From Candidatus Latescibacterota bacterium (GTDB lineage: Bacteria > Latescibacterota > UBA2968 > GCA-2709665): a DNA stretch of 64,000 nt. Shown here in pieces: positions 19,748-29,354 of this stretch (position 1 is its first letter; each line of letters opens with the position of its first letter). The notes beneath the pieces were generated by a model that did not search any database, was not told the DNA's origin, and worked only from the letters and a program-made list of their open reading frames with translations. The stretch lies in the NCBI GenBank assembly GCA_965219455.1, contig OZ244744.1, positions 2,688,001 to 2,752,000 on the forward strand, read 5' to 3'. The position numbers and the translations under genes were made by a program.

Positions 19748-22700
19748 TCAAAACGACGTGCCGAGGTGGAGGTGGGGGACGGCGCCTTTTGGACTGGTGA
19801 ACCCGTAGGCTGCGCCAACGCGGAAGCGGAACGGAACATAGAGGATACCGAAATCGTAGACGAACTCAGCGCCCGCTGATAGGAGCGCCGTCGGCATCGA
19901 TGCCTGGCTGAGATTGTCGCGGCCCCAGGCGTTGCCGGCGTCGGCGAAGAGGGTGAGAAAGGCGCGGTCGAAATGCAGCAGCGGCGTTCGCAGGGCGCGG
20001 TTAACCAGCACGGCCGGTACCCGGAACTCCAGGGACGCTGACCAGGCGCGCCGCCCCGATCGCGGGGTGCTCTCGTATCCCCGCACGGGGAACAGCCGTC
20101 GTGCCGAGCCGCCAACCTTAAAGTAACCCCTGCCGCTGTCCGGGCCCCGCACCGCGCCCGCGCTTGCCCGTAGCGCCATCACCGGCGCGGCAAATCCGCC
20201 TCCCGGCAGTTTCACGTAGGTCCTGAAGTCGCCAGAGACGGCGTCGAAGGACCGGTCGTCTGAAGGCTCCCCGGAAAAGTCGATGCGCCGCGTGGCCCAG
20301 GCGGAGAAAGACACGCCGGCAGCCCTGCCCATCTGAAACGCATGCGACCTGGCCGTGGAGGCCGAAAACCGCGCCGTCACGTCGCCCAAGGTGCTGTGGG
20401 GGCTGTCGAATTTCGACAGATCCGCTGGCCGGAGCGCGGAATCCAGCGCCTCCCGGTCCTCCTGAAGCAGCCCGCCGGAAAGCGTAAATGAAAGCCCACT
20501 CCACGCCCTGGGGCGCGCCAGGGCCATCGATACGGCCGCCAGGCGACTCCGTTCAAGAATGAACGTGGTGTCCGCCGGGGCGTCGCCGTTCCCCTCCCGC
20601 ACCCTGACGAGTTCCTCGTTCCAGTTCTGCGACAGCAATAGGCCCAGCGTGGGATTACCCAGTCCGGCGTACCCATAGGACAGAAGGCCCGCCGCCCTCC
20701 CGCCCGCGTATCCTCCCGACGGCAGAAAGATGCGGGCGCCGACGTTATAGGCGTGCCGGCCCACGAGGTCCACCCCTGACGTAAAGGCGCCGACGGACGA
20801 ACCGAGAACCTTTGAGCGGGGCGACGTGCTGCTCCCGGCACCGGAAAAGGATAGAGACCCAATTGGGACCCAATAGCGGGGAAGGAGGGTCCGCATGGGC
20901 GAATAGGTGCGTATTTGCCCGCCCGCCCGCGAGCCGGGTTTATTTGCCGTGGTCTCGACTTCTGAGGCGAGCACGCCCGCCGCGGTGTGCGTCGAATCGG
21001 CCATGTAACGAGGGGCCGGCGGCGCGGCGGCAGGATCGAACGGAAGACGTTCGATCTCCCATCCGTCCACGTGGTACCCCGAGAAATAGAGCCATTGCCC
21101 CGACGGATCCACGCTGGGCCACGCCGCGCCCGTGCGGACGTTGGTCAGCATTACGGGGGGCGCGACCTTCGCGCTGTCGACCCTTGCCGCGAAAACATTC
21201 AGGATACCGGTGCGGTCGGACGACCATACCAACCACCTTCCGTCGGCGCTCCATGCGGGGGCGAAGTCCAGCGCGCGGTCATGGGTAACCTGGCTGACGA
21301 GGCTGCCGCTCCCATCCAGGATGACGACGTCGTGTTTCCCGCCTGTCCAGCGGGTCGCCGCTATCCAGTGCCCGTCGGGTGAAACAGCCGGATACGCCCA
21401 GTAGACGCCGGCTTCGGGGTGAATCAGCGTCTCGACGGCGCCCGTACGGCTATTGACCCGGGCCAGGCCGTTGGTGCCCTCACCTTCCGCGACGGCGACC
21501 GCCCAATCCCCGGGGCCGGCCGACGGGGCGGTCAGACGGGCGCCGGTGGTCAACCGGTCCACCGCGCCGTCCTGCGTCACCCGATATATGTCGCTGAATT
21601 CCCGGTAGCGCCCGGAGAATTCCAACTGGTCGACGAGGATGTTGCCGCCGGGCGTAAACGCGAACGTGTTCCCGCGTATCAGCGCGACGGTCGATTTGCC
21701 GCCGGCGTCCAGCCCGGTCGATACCAGTTTCGGATCCGTACGGCCGTCGGAGCGAAGATAGACCAGCGCCGATCCGTCGGGCGACACCTTTGGGTGGCGC
21801 GCGTAACGGGCGCCATGGGTCAGCCGTTCCGGCTCGGAAATCGCACCGAACCGGGTGAGGCGGGTATCCAGCCCCGCGGCCGAATCCCGCCAGGCCTTTG
21901 CCCACGTGGTCCACTCGCTCGACAGGCTGGCGCCAAAGGCCTTCCTCCCGGCCGCGTCGAGCCGATAGGGTATCCATTGGTCCTCGACCGCCTGGACGAA
22001 CGCGGCCATCCTGTCCCGCCCGTACCTTCGCATGAGGTGTTCGAAAAAGAGCGATCCGTACGCGTAAACGCGGGTTCCGCCGGGCCACTGAGGCGACCAT
22101 CCCCCGGCCTGGCCGATGGATTCGAAGCGGCCCTCCAGGGCTGCCGTACGCAGCACCATGTCGTGGTAGGTTCCCAGAACGCGGCCCTTGCCCGTGAGCG
22201 CGGATTCGTACCAGGTGGCGATGCCTTCGATCACCCATCGCGGCATGGTGGCTGCCGGGAAACCGAATACGGGGAAGGGGATCCGCCCGAAAAGCCCTCG
22301 AAGGCTGTAACGGCCCTGCCGGTCCAGGTGAAATATGTGCGTCAATTCGTGAACGATCAGAAGTTCCAGCCAGTCGTCGAAGTAGCCGAGCACGAAACTG
22401 TCGACAGGCGGACGCGCGAATAAAACGATGCGGTTCGAAGGAAATGGGGTCGCGTAGCCGTTGGAGACGTCGACGTGATCGGTGATGAGGATATCGATCG
22501 GCTCCCGGGACCCGGGCAGGAAATTTTCTGTCAGCCGCACGTAGGCCCACTCCGCTTGCCCGGCCATCCGGCGGGCGAAGTCCTCCAGATGCTCGGGAAA
22601 GGTGACGCGGAAGTGTTCCGTATCCAGTGTGCGCCAAGGTTCGTCCGGCGGGACCCGCTGTGCCTGCGAGGGCGATGTGCAGATCGCGACGAGCGCAAAC

Positions 22701-22753
22701 AGAACCGGCAACACCCGCCGGAAAGGCATGGCGACCGACGACAGGCGTGACAT
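19748..22753 (-). CDS. Outer-membrane protein: zincin-like domain + TolB/PD40 propeller + BamA-like barrel
   Basis: Signal peptide, HELTH...EGIA, repeated PAxSPDG motifs, VRGY and FADAGNAW barrel motifs, C-terminal Phe. Start could be 22729. Confidence 0.8.
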   Translation of the reverse strand: MSRLSSVAMPFRRVLPVLFALVAICTSPSQAQRVPPDEPWRTLDTEHFRVTFPEHLEDFARRMAGQAEWAYVRLTENFLPGSREPIDILITDHVDVSNGYATPFPSNRIVLFARPPVDSFVLGYFDDWLELLIVHELTHIFHLDRQGRYSLRGLFGRIPFPVFGFPAATMPRWVIEGIATWYESALTGKGRVLGTYHDMVLRTAALEGRFESIGQAGGWSPQWPGGTRVYAYGSLFFEHLMRRYGRDRMAAFVQAVEDQWIPYRLDAAGRKAFGASLSSEWTTWAKAWRDSAAGLDTRLTRFGAISEPERLTHGARYARHPKVSPDGSALVYLRSDGRTDPKLVSTGLDAGGKSTVALIRGNTFAFTPGGNILVDQLEFSGRYREFSDIYRVTQDGAVDRLTTGARLTAPSAGPGDWAVAVAEGEGTNGLARVNSRTGAVETLIHPEAGVYWAYPAVSPDGHWIAATRWTGGKHDVVILDGSGSLVSQVTHDRALDFAPAWSADGRWLVWSSDRTGILNVFAARVDSAKVAPPVMLTNVRTGAAWPSVDPSGQWLYFSGYHVDGWEIERLPFDPAAAPPAPRYMADSTHTAAGVLASEVETTANKPGSRAGGQIRTYSPMRTLLPRYWVPIGSLSFSGAGSSTSPRSKVLGSSVGAFTSGVDLVGRHAYNVGARIFLPSGGYAGGRAAGLLSYGYAGLGNPTLGLLLSQNWNEELVRVREGNGDAPADTTFILERSRLAAVSMALARPRAWSGLSFTLSGGLLQEDREALDSALRPADLSKFDSPHSTLGDVTARFSASTARSHAFQMGRAAGVSFSAWATRRIDFSGEPSDDRSFDAVSGDFRTYVKLPGGGFAAPVMALRASAGAVRGPDSGRGYFKVGGSARRLFPVRGYESTPRSGRRAWSASLEFRVPAVLVNRALRTPLLHFDRAFLTLFADAGNAWGRDNLSQASMPTALLSAGAEFVYDFGILYVPFRFRVGAAYGFTSPKGAVPHLHLGTSF

Positions 22754-22939
22754 GCCGCGGGCGCCATTCCGGACAGTCACCGTCGAATTAGCTGGCGAAT
22801 GTCGATGCCACGACGTCGTTGGGCGTGAAATATGTACCATAGGGATCCGTCTTCAGAATTGACTACCGTGTCCGAACGGGCTTTACATGCGGTGCTCTAC
22901 AGGCCCACAACCCTCCGGAGCCGTGCGCCCGGACAGTGT

Positions 22940-24217
22940 TCAGGGTTCCCCCTTCCCGTTCGCGTCCACTTCCAACGCCTCTTCCCGCGGCCTGGCTTCG
23001 TGGAGCGCGCCGAATCGTCGAAGGCCGGGAACGCCGGCTGCGGTGCCGAGAACCACGAGGACGGTCCCGATTCCGCCGCTGACCACCGAGACGACCGGTC
23101 CCAACCAGTGGGCCACCAGGCCGGATTCCAGGCCGCCCAGTTCATTGGAGGCACCGATGAATACGTAGTTGACGGCCAGCACGCGGCCGCGCATACGGTT
23201 GGTGGTGAGCAACTGGACGAGCGTGTGTCGGACGACCATGCTGACGTTGTCGAAGGCACCGGTGAGGAAAAGCATCGCCAGGGAGAGCCAGAAGGATTGA
23301 GAAAGGCCGAAGACGATGGTGGCCGCGCCGAATCCCGCCACGGCCAGCAGGAGGTTCCGGCCGGCGCGCCGCATCGGAGGCAGGTAGGCCAGGAGGATCG
23401 CCATGCAGAAGGCGCCGACACCCGGGGCGGCGCGAAGCCAGCCGAAGCCCTGGGGGCCGACGTGGAGAATATCCTCCGCATATATGGGCAGCAGGTAGAC
23501 GGCGCCGCCCAGCAGTACGGCGAACATATCCAGGGCCATCAGGGAAAAGATCAGGCGGGTGCGCCAGACATAGCGGATGCCCGCCAGCAGGGTCGTGATC
23601 GAAGCCGGTACCGCACTTTCAGGCTCTGCACGGAAGGTCACCCGCGTGAGCAGAACGACGAAAACGAGGGTACTCGTCGCACTGAGCGCGTAGGCGGTGG
23701 GAACGTTGAACATTACCACAAAGCCGCCCAGGGCCGGGCCGACCACCGAGGCCATCTGCATGAGGCTGCTGTTCCATGTTACGGCGATCGGGAAAATGTC
23801 GCGCGGGACGAGCAGGGGCACAAGGGCGGTTCTGGCCGGGCGGCCCAGACACGTGGCCGTGGCATCCAGCGCCAGCAACGCGTACATCAGGAGAATCGGC
23901 CCCTTCGCAACGGAGAGCGCGAGGAGCGCCAGCGAAGTCAGGGTTGTGCCCAGCATGCTGAAGATGACCACCCTGCGGCGGTCGAATCTGTCCGCCAGGT
24001 AGCCTGCGGGCAGGGCGAGTATGATGGTGGGCAGGGCCTGGGCGAGCCCGACCAGGCCCAGGGAGAGCGCCTGGCCGGTGCGCTGGTAAATGTCCCAGCC
24101 GATAGCGATGCCCTGGACCTGGTTGCCTACGATGGCAAAAAACCAGCCCAGAATGTACCGCCGGTAGCTTTGAATGCGGAAGGCCGCGTAGGGATCGTGC
24201 TTCCTGGATGCGGGGAT
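22940..24217 (-). CDS. MFS transporter (EntS/DHA3-like), apparent ATC start
   Basis: Frame is open 82 codons upstream of the track start and contains motif A GYLADRFDRRR and TM1-2. GGAGG lies 8 nt before ATC at 24217. Confidence 0.8.
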   Translation of the reverse strand: MPASRKHDPYAAFRIQSYRRYILGWFFAIVGNQVQGIAIGWDIYQRTGQALSLGLVGLAQALPTIILALPAGYLADRFDRRRVVIFSMLGTTLTSLALLALSVAKGPILLMYALLALDATATCLGRPARTALVPLLVPRDIFPIAVTWNSSLMQMASVVGPALGGFVVMFNVPTAYALSATSTLVFVVLLTRVTFRAEPESAVPASITTLLAGIRYVWRTRLIFSLMALDMFAVLLGGAVYLLPIYAEDILHVGPQGFGWLRAAPGVGAFCMAILLAYLPPMRRAGRNLLLAVAGFGAATIVFGLSQSFWLSLAMLFLTGAFDNVSMVVRHTLVQLLTTNRMRGRVLAVNYVFIGASNELGGLESGLVAHWLGPVVSVVSGGIGTVLVVLGTAAGVPGLRRFGALHEARPREEALEVDANGKGEP

Positions 24218-24220
24218 TGG

Positions 24221-25585
24221 CTATTCCTCCCGGCCCGTGACAGCGTCCCTGATCTCGCGGACGCTTCCTTCCAGCCGGTCCAGGCGGCAGTTGGTGGTCT
24301 CCAGGTCTTCGTGGATTTTCGTTGCGATTCCGATCTGCTCTTCAAGCTCTTCCGCGCTTAAGGAGTCTTTGTCCTTGACGAGGATGCTCGTCAGTGTGGC
24401 GGTGAATACGCCCACCAGAACCATTCCGGTTATCACCAGAAAAACCGTGAGGATTCTGCCGGAAGCAGTCTCCGGGTTGTGGATGTCGGCGTAACCACCG
24501 GTGACAAGCGTGGTGAAGCTCCACCAGAGGCTTTCCCAGAACCCGGAACCGGACTCCATGTGCTCCAGGCCCATAAAAACGCAGGCGCCGAACACGAGCG
24601 ATAACAGGCCGTAAAGAAGGGACCTTTTGAGGAGCCGAACGTCCAGCGTGGTACTGAGGTGTTCCATACCCCGCCAGAAGAACAGTCCGATGCGCATTAA
24701 CCGCAACGCCCGCAAAATTCGCACGGCCCGGAGCAGACGCCCCAGGCGTACGACGCCGATGTCGCCGGAGACTGCGATAACCTGCACGGGGGGAAGCGGA
24801 ATGGAAGTGATGAAGTCGATCCAGTTGTTCTTCCAATACCACTTCTTGGAAGCGGCAAGCCTGCATTCGAAGACGAAGTTGGCCATGAAAATGGTGCAGC
24901 ATACCACGTCTATGATCCAGAAGATCCACAACGTGCCCACGGAGAAGTGGGGGTGGACCTCAACAACGGGGTTCTTGTATTTTTCCCCGCCGTCGACGAC
25001 GTCCACCCCTGTCAAATTTCCTCCGGTCAGGTGCCCGGAAACGAGTGCGCCGGACCCGGCCGGATCCACGATATAAATGTTCACGCGCACATACCCGGCG
25101 CCCGCTTTCGTAATGACAATATTGTGGATCTTTCCTTTTTTCACCTCCGCATTTGCAACCGCGCCGCCTCCGCTGGCGCCGATGCCGAGCAGGTCCATGA
25201 CAAGGATCGAGATCAGAAACAGAATGAGAAGGAAGATGATGATGTCTTTGACCTTCACGCGCCAGGGGCTACCCAGTTTTTCGGCCTGCCTATCCATCAG
25301 ATGTTTCTTCTGGAAGGCCTGTTCAATGATCCGGGCCTTGTCCTCCAGTTCCTGTTTTTCCTCGTTTAGCGTCGAAATCCGCGAATCGGCCGTATCCAGG
25401 TTCAGTTCGTATTGGCCGTGCCTCTTGCTCAGGCCCACCGTGTCCGTTGTTTTGGCCATGCGGTTGATTTTTTCTTCTTCTGCGTCCAACCGGCGGGCAA
25501 TCTTTTCGATCTCCCCCGTGACCAGGTCTCTCATCCTCCTGATGCGGTCCAGGGAACACGATTCAATTCGCTTTAGATTTGACAT
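24221..25585 (-). CDS. Voltage-gated 6TM ion channel (K+-channel-like)
   Basis: S4 RLGRLLRAVRILRALRLMR, pore helix LWWSFTTLVTGGYAD, N- and C-terminal coiled coils. Confidence 0.85.
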   Translation of the reverse strand: MSNLKRIESCSLDRIRRMRDLVTGEIEKIARRLDAEEEKINRMAKTTDTVGLSKRHGQYELNLDTADSRISTLNEEKQELEDKARIIEQAFQKKHLMDRQAEKLGSPWRVKVKDIIIFLLILFLISILVMDLLGIGASGGGAVANAEVKKGKIHNIVITKAGAGYVRVNIYIVDPAGSGALVSGHLTGGNLTGVDVVDGGEKYKNPVVEVHPHFSVGTLWIFWIIDVVCCTIFMANFVFECRLAASKKWYWKNNWIDFITSIPLPPVQVIAVSGDIGVVRLGRLLRAVRILRALRLMRIGLFFWRGMEHLSTTLDVRLLKRSLLYGLLSLVFGACVFMGLEHMESGSGFWESLWWSFTTLVTGGYADIHNPETASGRILTVFLVITGMVLVGVFTATLTSILVKDKDSLSAEELEEQIGIATKIHEDLETTNCRLDRLEGSVREIRDAVTGREE

Positions 25586-25617
25586 CGCGACGCTTGCAAT
25601 CTCCGGTTCGGGTTATC

Positions 25618-25830
25618 TCAAAAAGAGAAAAATCACGTGCTGGATATACCGCTTCTTCTGGATTTCTCGATGACGGCCAAATGCATATTCCATTCAGGTT
25701 CCCGCGCGGGCCCTTCCATCGCGTCGCAGGCGCGAAAGAACGCCTCGAGGTCCGCCGGTAACTCGAAGGGCTGGGACCGCTGCTGTTCCTCGAGCCGCTG
25801 GCTGGCGGCGGTTCTAATCCACGCGCTCAA
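25618..25830 (-). pseudogene. 5'-truncated antitoxin-like fragment followed by a toxin start stump (MIFLF*)
   Basis: LSAWIRTAA...DLEAFF...EPEW reads like the C-terminal half of an RHH/CopG-type antitoxin. GTGA overlap leads into MIF, a typical PIN/VapC start. Overlaps the hsdR stop. Confidence 0.45.
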
Positions 25831-28800
25831 CGATTTGAACCGGCAAACCAGGAACGGATGTATACCCTGGTGTCGTCTGACGAGAGCTTAACGGTTCCCG
25901 GACCGCTGCGCACGAAAAAGTCACCTCCGTTTTCCTTCTCAAGTCCCTTCCAGGAGAGGAACACCGGTTCCGGGCTCCGCTGGCAGCTCAGCACGCATAC
26001 CGCCTTGCCGTCGACGATCTGAACTCCGGGATCGATGCATGTGCCGGCGCGGTCGCCGAGCCCGTTGCGCACGACCTGTGCGAGATGCAGCATGAATTTG
26101 TCTTCGGTATCTAGCCGGTCGCGATCTATTCCAACGACGGCGCCGTCGTCGGTGACGCCTATCAGAAGGTCTCCGCCCTCCGTGTTCAGGAATGCGGCGA
26201 TCGTCTTGAGCGCCGAATGGGTGACGCGTTTGTCGTCCTTGCGGTCTTCATTCAGGTTCCAGCGCAACGTCGATTTAAATTCCAGGGTTTTCGACTCGCC
26301 CTGTTTGATGAGGTCCTCCGCGCTACGGTTCGTGCGCAAGAATTGGTCGAAGAGGACGTCTTTGATGACGTTTCCAAAAGCGCGGTCGTCGGTGATCCGT
26401 TTGTATAGATCGAAATTGGAATCCACAATACCCTGGATGGTCTCTTCAACCTTGTGGTCGAAGGTCAATCGCACATTTTCGCGCGTATTCACCCGCGCCG
26501 CGGCGCCGAGTGCAGCGTCTTCAGAAAGTCTGTCCATCATCTGGCCGAGGGTGGCGCGGTGCTCCTGCCCGAGTTCGACCCCGAAGCGCTCGTTCAATTC
26601 GGCGATGATCCGCGAAAGGGTCTCCATGTCTTCCGGCTGTAGCAAGTATGTGTCCTTTGTGCCGACGGGCTCGAGCTTCGTCGTCCCTCGCTCCAGGTTT
26701 ATTTTGCCTTTGCGGGTTTCCTGAATCCGATACGACTCCATGTCGATATTCTGCTGAACTTCGAGCGGCAACTCGGCCCGGTCCATTGGCAACAGGCGGC
26801 GTAAGTGTCGCGAGAAGACGTACAGCTTCTCCAGATCGACGTCGGCGAACGGAAGGATTTGTGCGAGAAACGCGTAAAGCCGCACGTAGTCGACAAGTTG
26901 GCCCCGGAATTCCTGCTGTTCACATTCTTCTAACGTCTGAAATCGGTGGACCACGGGATTGAGCGCGGCATGAAGCTGGTCCTGTGTGGCGGCCTTGTCG
27001 AAAAAAATCCTTGCGAATTCATCCACATCGGACTGATCGTATACCGGGAAGTCGGACAGACGCATCTGGATCTCGTAGAGCAGGTTGGGATCGGTCGCCT
27101 CCGACAGCAGTGTTGTTTCGAAATAAGGTTCGAAGGCCTCCTTGATGTCGTCGGCATCGTTGGCGAAATCGAGTACCATCGTGCCGTCTTTTCCTGGTTC
27201 TGTACGGTTAATCCGTGAGAGTGTCTGCACCGCGTTCACGCCTCCGAGTTTTTTGTCGACGTACATCGCGTGCAACAGCGGCTGGTCGAAACCGGTCTGG
27301 AATTTATTCGCACATATCAGGAATCGATATTCCGATCCTTTGAATGTGTTTGCGGTCTGCACCTCGGAAACGCCGTTCATGCCGGGCTCGGTATAGGACT
27401 TGCCGCCATCCTCGACGGTGCCCGAGAACGCAACCAGCGCTTTGAACGCGTGCCCCTGTTCGGCGAGGTATTTGTCCACCGCTAGCTTGAAGCGAACGGC
27501 GTGCAGTCGCGAGCGGGTGACGATCATTGCCTTTGCCTTCCCGTCGATCTGGGTGTGCACCTGCTCGACAAAGTGGCAGACCATGATGCGTACCTTCTCG
27601 TCAATCGCGTGCGGGTGAAGTTCAACGTACGATTTGAGCAGGAAGGTAGCCTTGCGTTTGTCATAGCGCGGGTCGTCCTCCACCTTCTTCAATAGCCGCC
27701 AATAGGCTTTGTAGGTCGTATAGTTCTCCAGGACGTCTAGGATGAACCCCTCCTCGATGGCCTGCCGCATGCTGTAGAGGTGAAACGGTTCGAACGATTC
27801 GTCCGTGCGGCGGGTGCCAAAAAGCTCCAGCGTCTTGGGCTTGGGGGTCGCGGTAAAGGCGAAAGTCGAGAGATTGGGCAGGCGCCCGCGCTTCTCCACC
27901 TCCGCCAGGATCGTGTTTTCGAGTTCCTCTTCTGGCGTCTCGGCCCCGGCTTCCTCGTCCTCCGCCTCTTCGAGAGACCCCGTCGCCAACACCGCCTTGA
28001 GGCTCTTGGTGCTCTCGCCGGATTGGGACGAGTGCGCTTCGTCGACGATCAAGGCGAAGCGCTTGCCCGGCAACTGGCCGATTTCCTCGGCGATCACCGG
28101 AAATTTCTGCAGCGTGGTGACGATGATTGTCTTGCCGGCTTCGAGCGCCTCTTTGAGTTGGCGCGAGGTGGTGTCGATATTTTCCACAACGCCCAGGGTC
28201 TGCTCGAACTGGCGCATGGCGCCCTGGAGTGCGCGATCGAGAATGCGCCGGTCCGTGATAACTACGATCGAATCGAAAACACGGCGGTCTTCTATGTCGT
28301 GCAGCGTGGATAACTGGTGGGCGAGCCAGGCGATGGTGAACGTCTTACCGCTTCCGGCGGAGTGCTGGATGAGATAGCGCTGCCCCGCGCCGGTCTTACG
28401 GGCATCCGATATGAGCTTTCGCACGCAATCGAGTTGCTGGTAGCGCGGGAAGACCAGCGATTTCCTGCCGGTCTTGCGGCCGTTCTCGTCTTCCTCCTCG
28501 ACTTCGTGGACAAACTGGCGCACCAAATCAAGCACACTGTCCCGCGACCATGTATCCTCCCAGAGATACGAAGTGGCATAGCCGGATTGCGTAGGCGGCA
28601 CCGGCGGGTTTCCCGCGCCGCGGTTGTTGCCCTGGTTGAACGGAAGGAAGCGCGTTTTGGGACCGGCGAGACGTGTGGTAACGTAGACCAGATCCGGATC
28701 AACCGCGAAATGCGCCAGGCATCGGCCAAAGCCGAACAGCGGCTCACGCGGATCGCGGTCTGTCTTATACTGGCGGATCGCGTCCTCCACGGTCTGGCCG

Positions 28801-29354
28801 CTGAGCAGGTTCTTGAGTTCAGCGGTGAAAATGGGAATGCCGTTCAGAAACAGAACCAGATCGAGGCTCTTCTCGTTCTTCGTGCTATAGCGGATCTGAC
28901 GCCCGACGGCAAAGAAGTTGGCCATATACAGCCGGCGCGTCTCCTCGTTGAGCCCGCTGGCCGGCCGGAAATAGGCCAAACGGAACGTACAGCCCATATC
29001 CTTGATCCCGTTCCGCAGCACGTGGAGGACGCCCCGGCGTTCGATTTCCGATGATAGGCGCCTGAGAAAGCGTTCTCTGACCTCGGCGCCGTAATGCTGG
29101 GACAGCTTCCGCCACTCCTTCGGCTGCGTCGCTATAATGAAATCCAGAACATCTCTAGGCAGAAGGCAGAGCGCTCGGTCGTAGTCTTCCGGTTTGCGTT
29201 TGAAATAACCGCCGGGTTCCATCCCCTGGCCGCCTATGGGCAAGCCGCCTTCACGCACACCGGTCGGAAGACCCCCCGACTCATCCTTGCCATGGCCAAG
29301 CAAAGCCGCCTCGATGGCGTCTTCGAAGGCTTTTTCAGATACAACCGGACTCAT
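25827..29354 (-). CDS. hsdR: Type I restriction subunit R fused to C-terminal AlbA_2/Schlafen domain
   Basis: D..LFLNGIP...ELK nuclease motif, HSAGSGKT, DEAH, FTATP, QTGFD. C-terminal ESKTLEFKS...IAAFLNTEGGDLLIGV. Confidence 0.93.
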   Translation of the reverse strand: MSPVVSEKAFEDAIEAALLGHGKDESGGLPTGVREGGLPIGGQGMEPGGYFKRKPEDYDRALCLLPRDVLDFIIATQPKEWRKLSQHYGAEVRERFLRRLSSEIERRGVLHVLRNGIKDMGCTFRLAYFRPASGLNEETRRLYMANFFAVGRQIRYSTKNEKSLDLVLFLNGIPIFTAELKNLLSGQTVEDAIRQYKTDRDPREPLFGFGRCLAHFAVDPDLVYVTTRLAGPKTRFLPFNQGNNRGAGNPPVPPTQSGYATSYLWEDTWSRDSVLDLVRQFVHEVEEEDENGRKTGRKSLVFPRYQQLDCVRKLISDARKTGAGQRYLIQHSAGSGKTFTIAWLAHQLSTLHDIEDRRVFDSIVVITDRRILDRALQGAMRQFEQTLGVVENIDTTSRQLKEALEAGKTIIVTTLQKFPVIAEEIGQLPGKRFALIVDEAHSSQSGESTKSLKAVLATGSLEEAEDEEAGAETPEEELENTILAEVEKRGRLPNLSTFAFTATPKPKTLELFGTRRTDESFEPFHLYSMRQAIEEGFILDVLENYTTYKAYWRLLKKVEDDPRYDKRKATFLLKSYVELHPHAIDEKVRIMVCHFVEQVHTQIDGKAKAMIVTRSRLHAVRFKLAVDKYLAEQGHAFKALVAFSGTVEDGGKSYTEPGMNGVSEVQTANTFKGSEYRFLICANKFQTGFDQPLLHAMYVDKKLGGVNAVQTLSRINRTEPGKDGTMVLDFANDADDIKEAFEPYFETTLLSEATDPNLLYEIQMRLSDFPVYDQSDVDEFARIFFDKAATQDQLHAALNPVVHRFQTLEECEQQEFRGQLVDYVRLYAFLAQILPFADVDLEKLYVFSRHLRRLLPMDRAELPLEVQQNIDMESYRIQETRKGKINLERGTTKLEPVGTKDTYLLQPEDMETLSRIIAELNERFGVELGQEHRATLGQMMDRLSEDAALGAAARVNTRENVRLTFDHKVEETIQGIVDSNFDLYKRITDDRAFGNVIKDVLFDQFLRTNRSAEDLIKQGESKTLEFKSTLRWNLNEDRKDDKRVTHSALKTIAAFLNTEGGDLLIGVTDDGAVVGIDRDRLDTEDKFMLHLAQVVRNGLGDRAGTCIDPGVQIVDGKAVCVLSCQRSPEPVFLSWKGLEKENGGDFFVRSGPGTVKLSSDDTRVYIRSWFAGSNR

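Noticed and set aside
24221-24223. Pyrrolysine recoding of the channel TAG
   Set aside because: No pyl genes in the window, the channel ends naturally, and an RBS-ATC start explains the MFS more simply.
22832-24361. Long antisense or alternative-frame ORFs (also 3687-5108, 7815-9023, 44119-45474, 62767-63834)
   Set aside because: Shadow ORFs of real genes, expected in GC-rich DNA.
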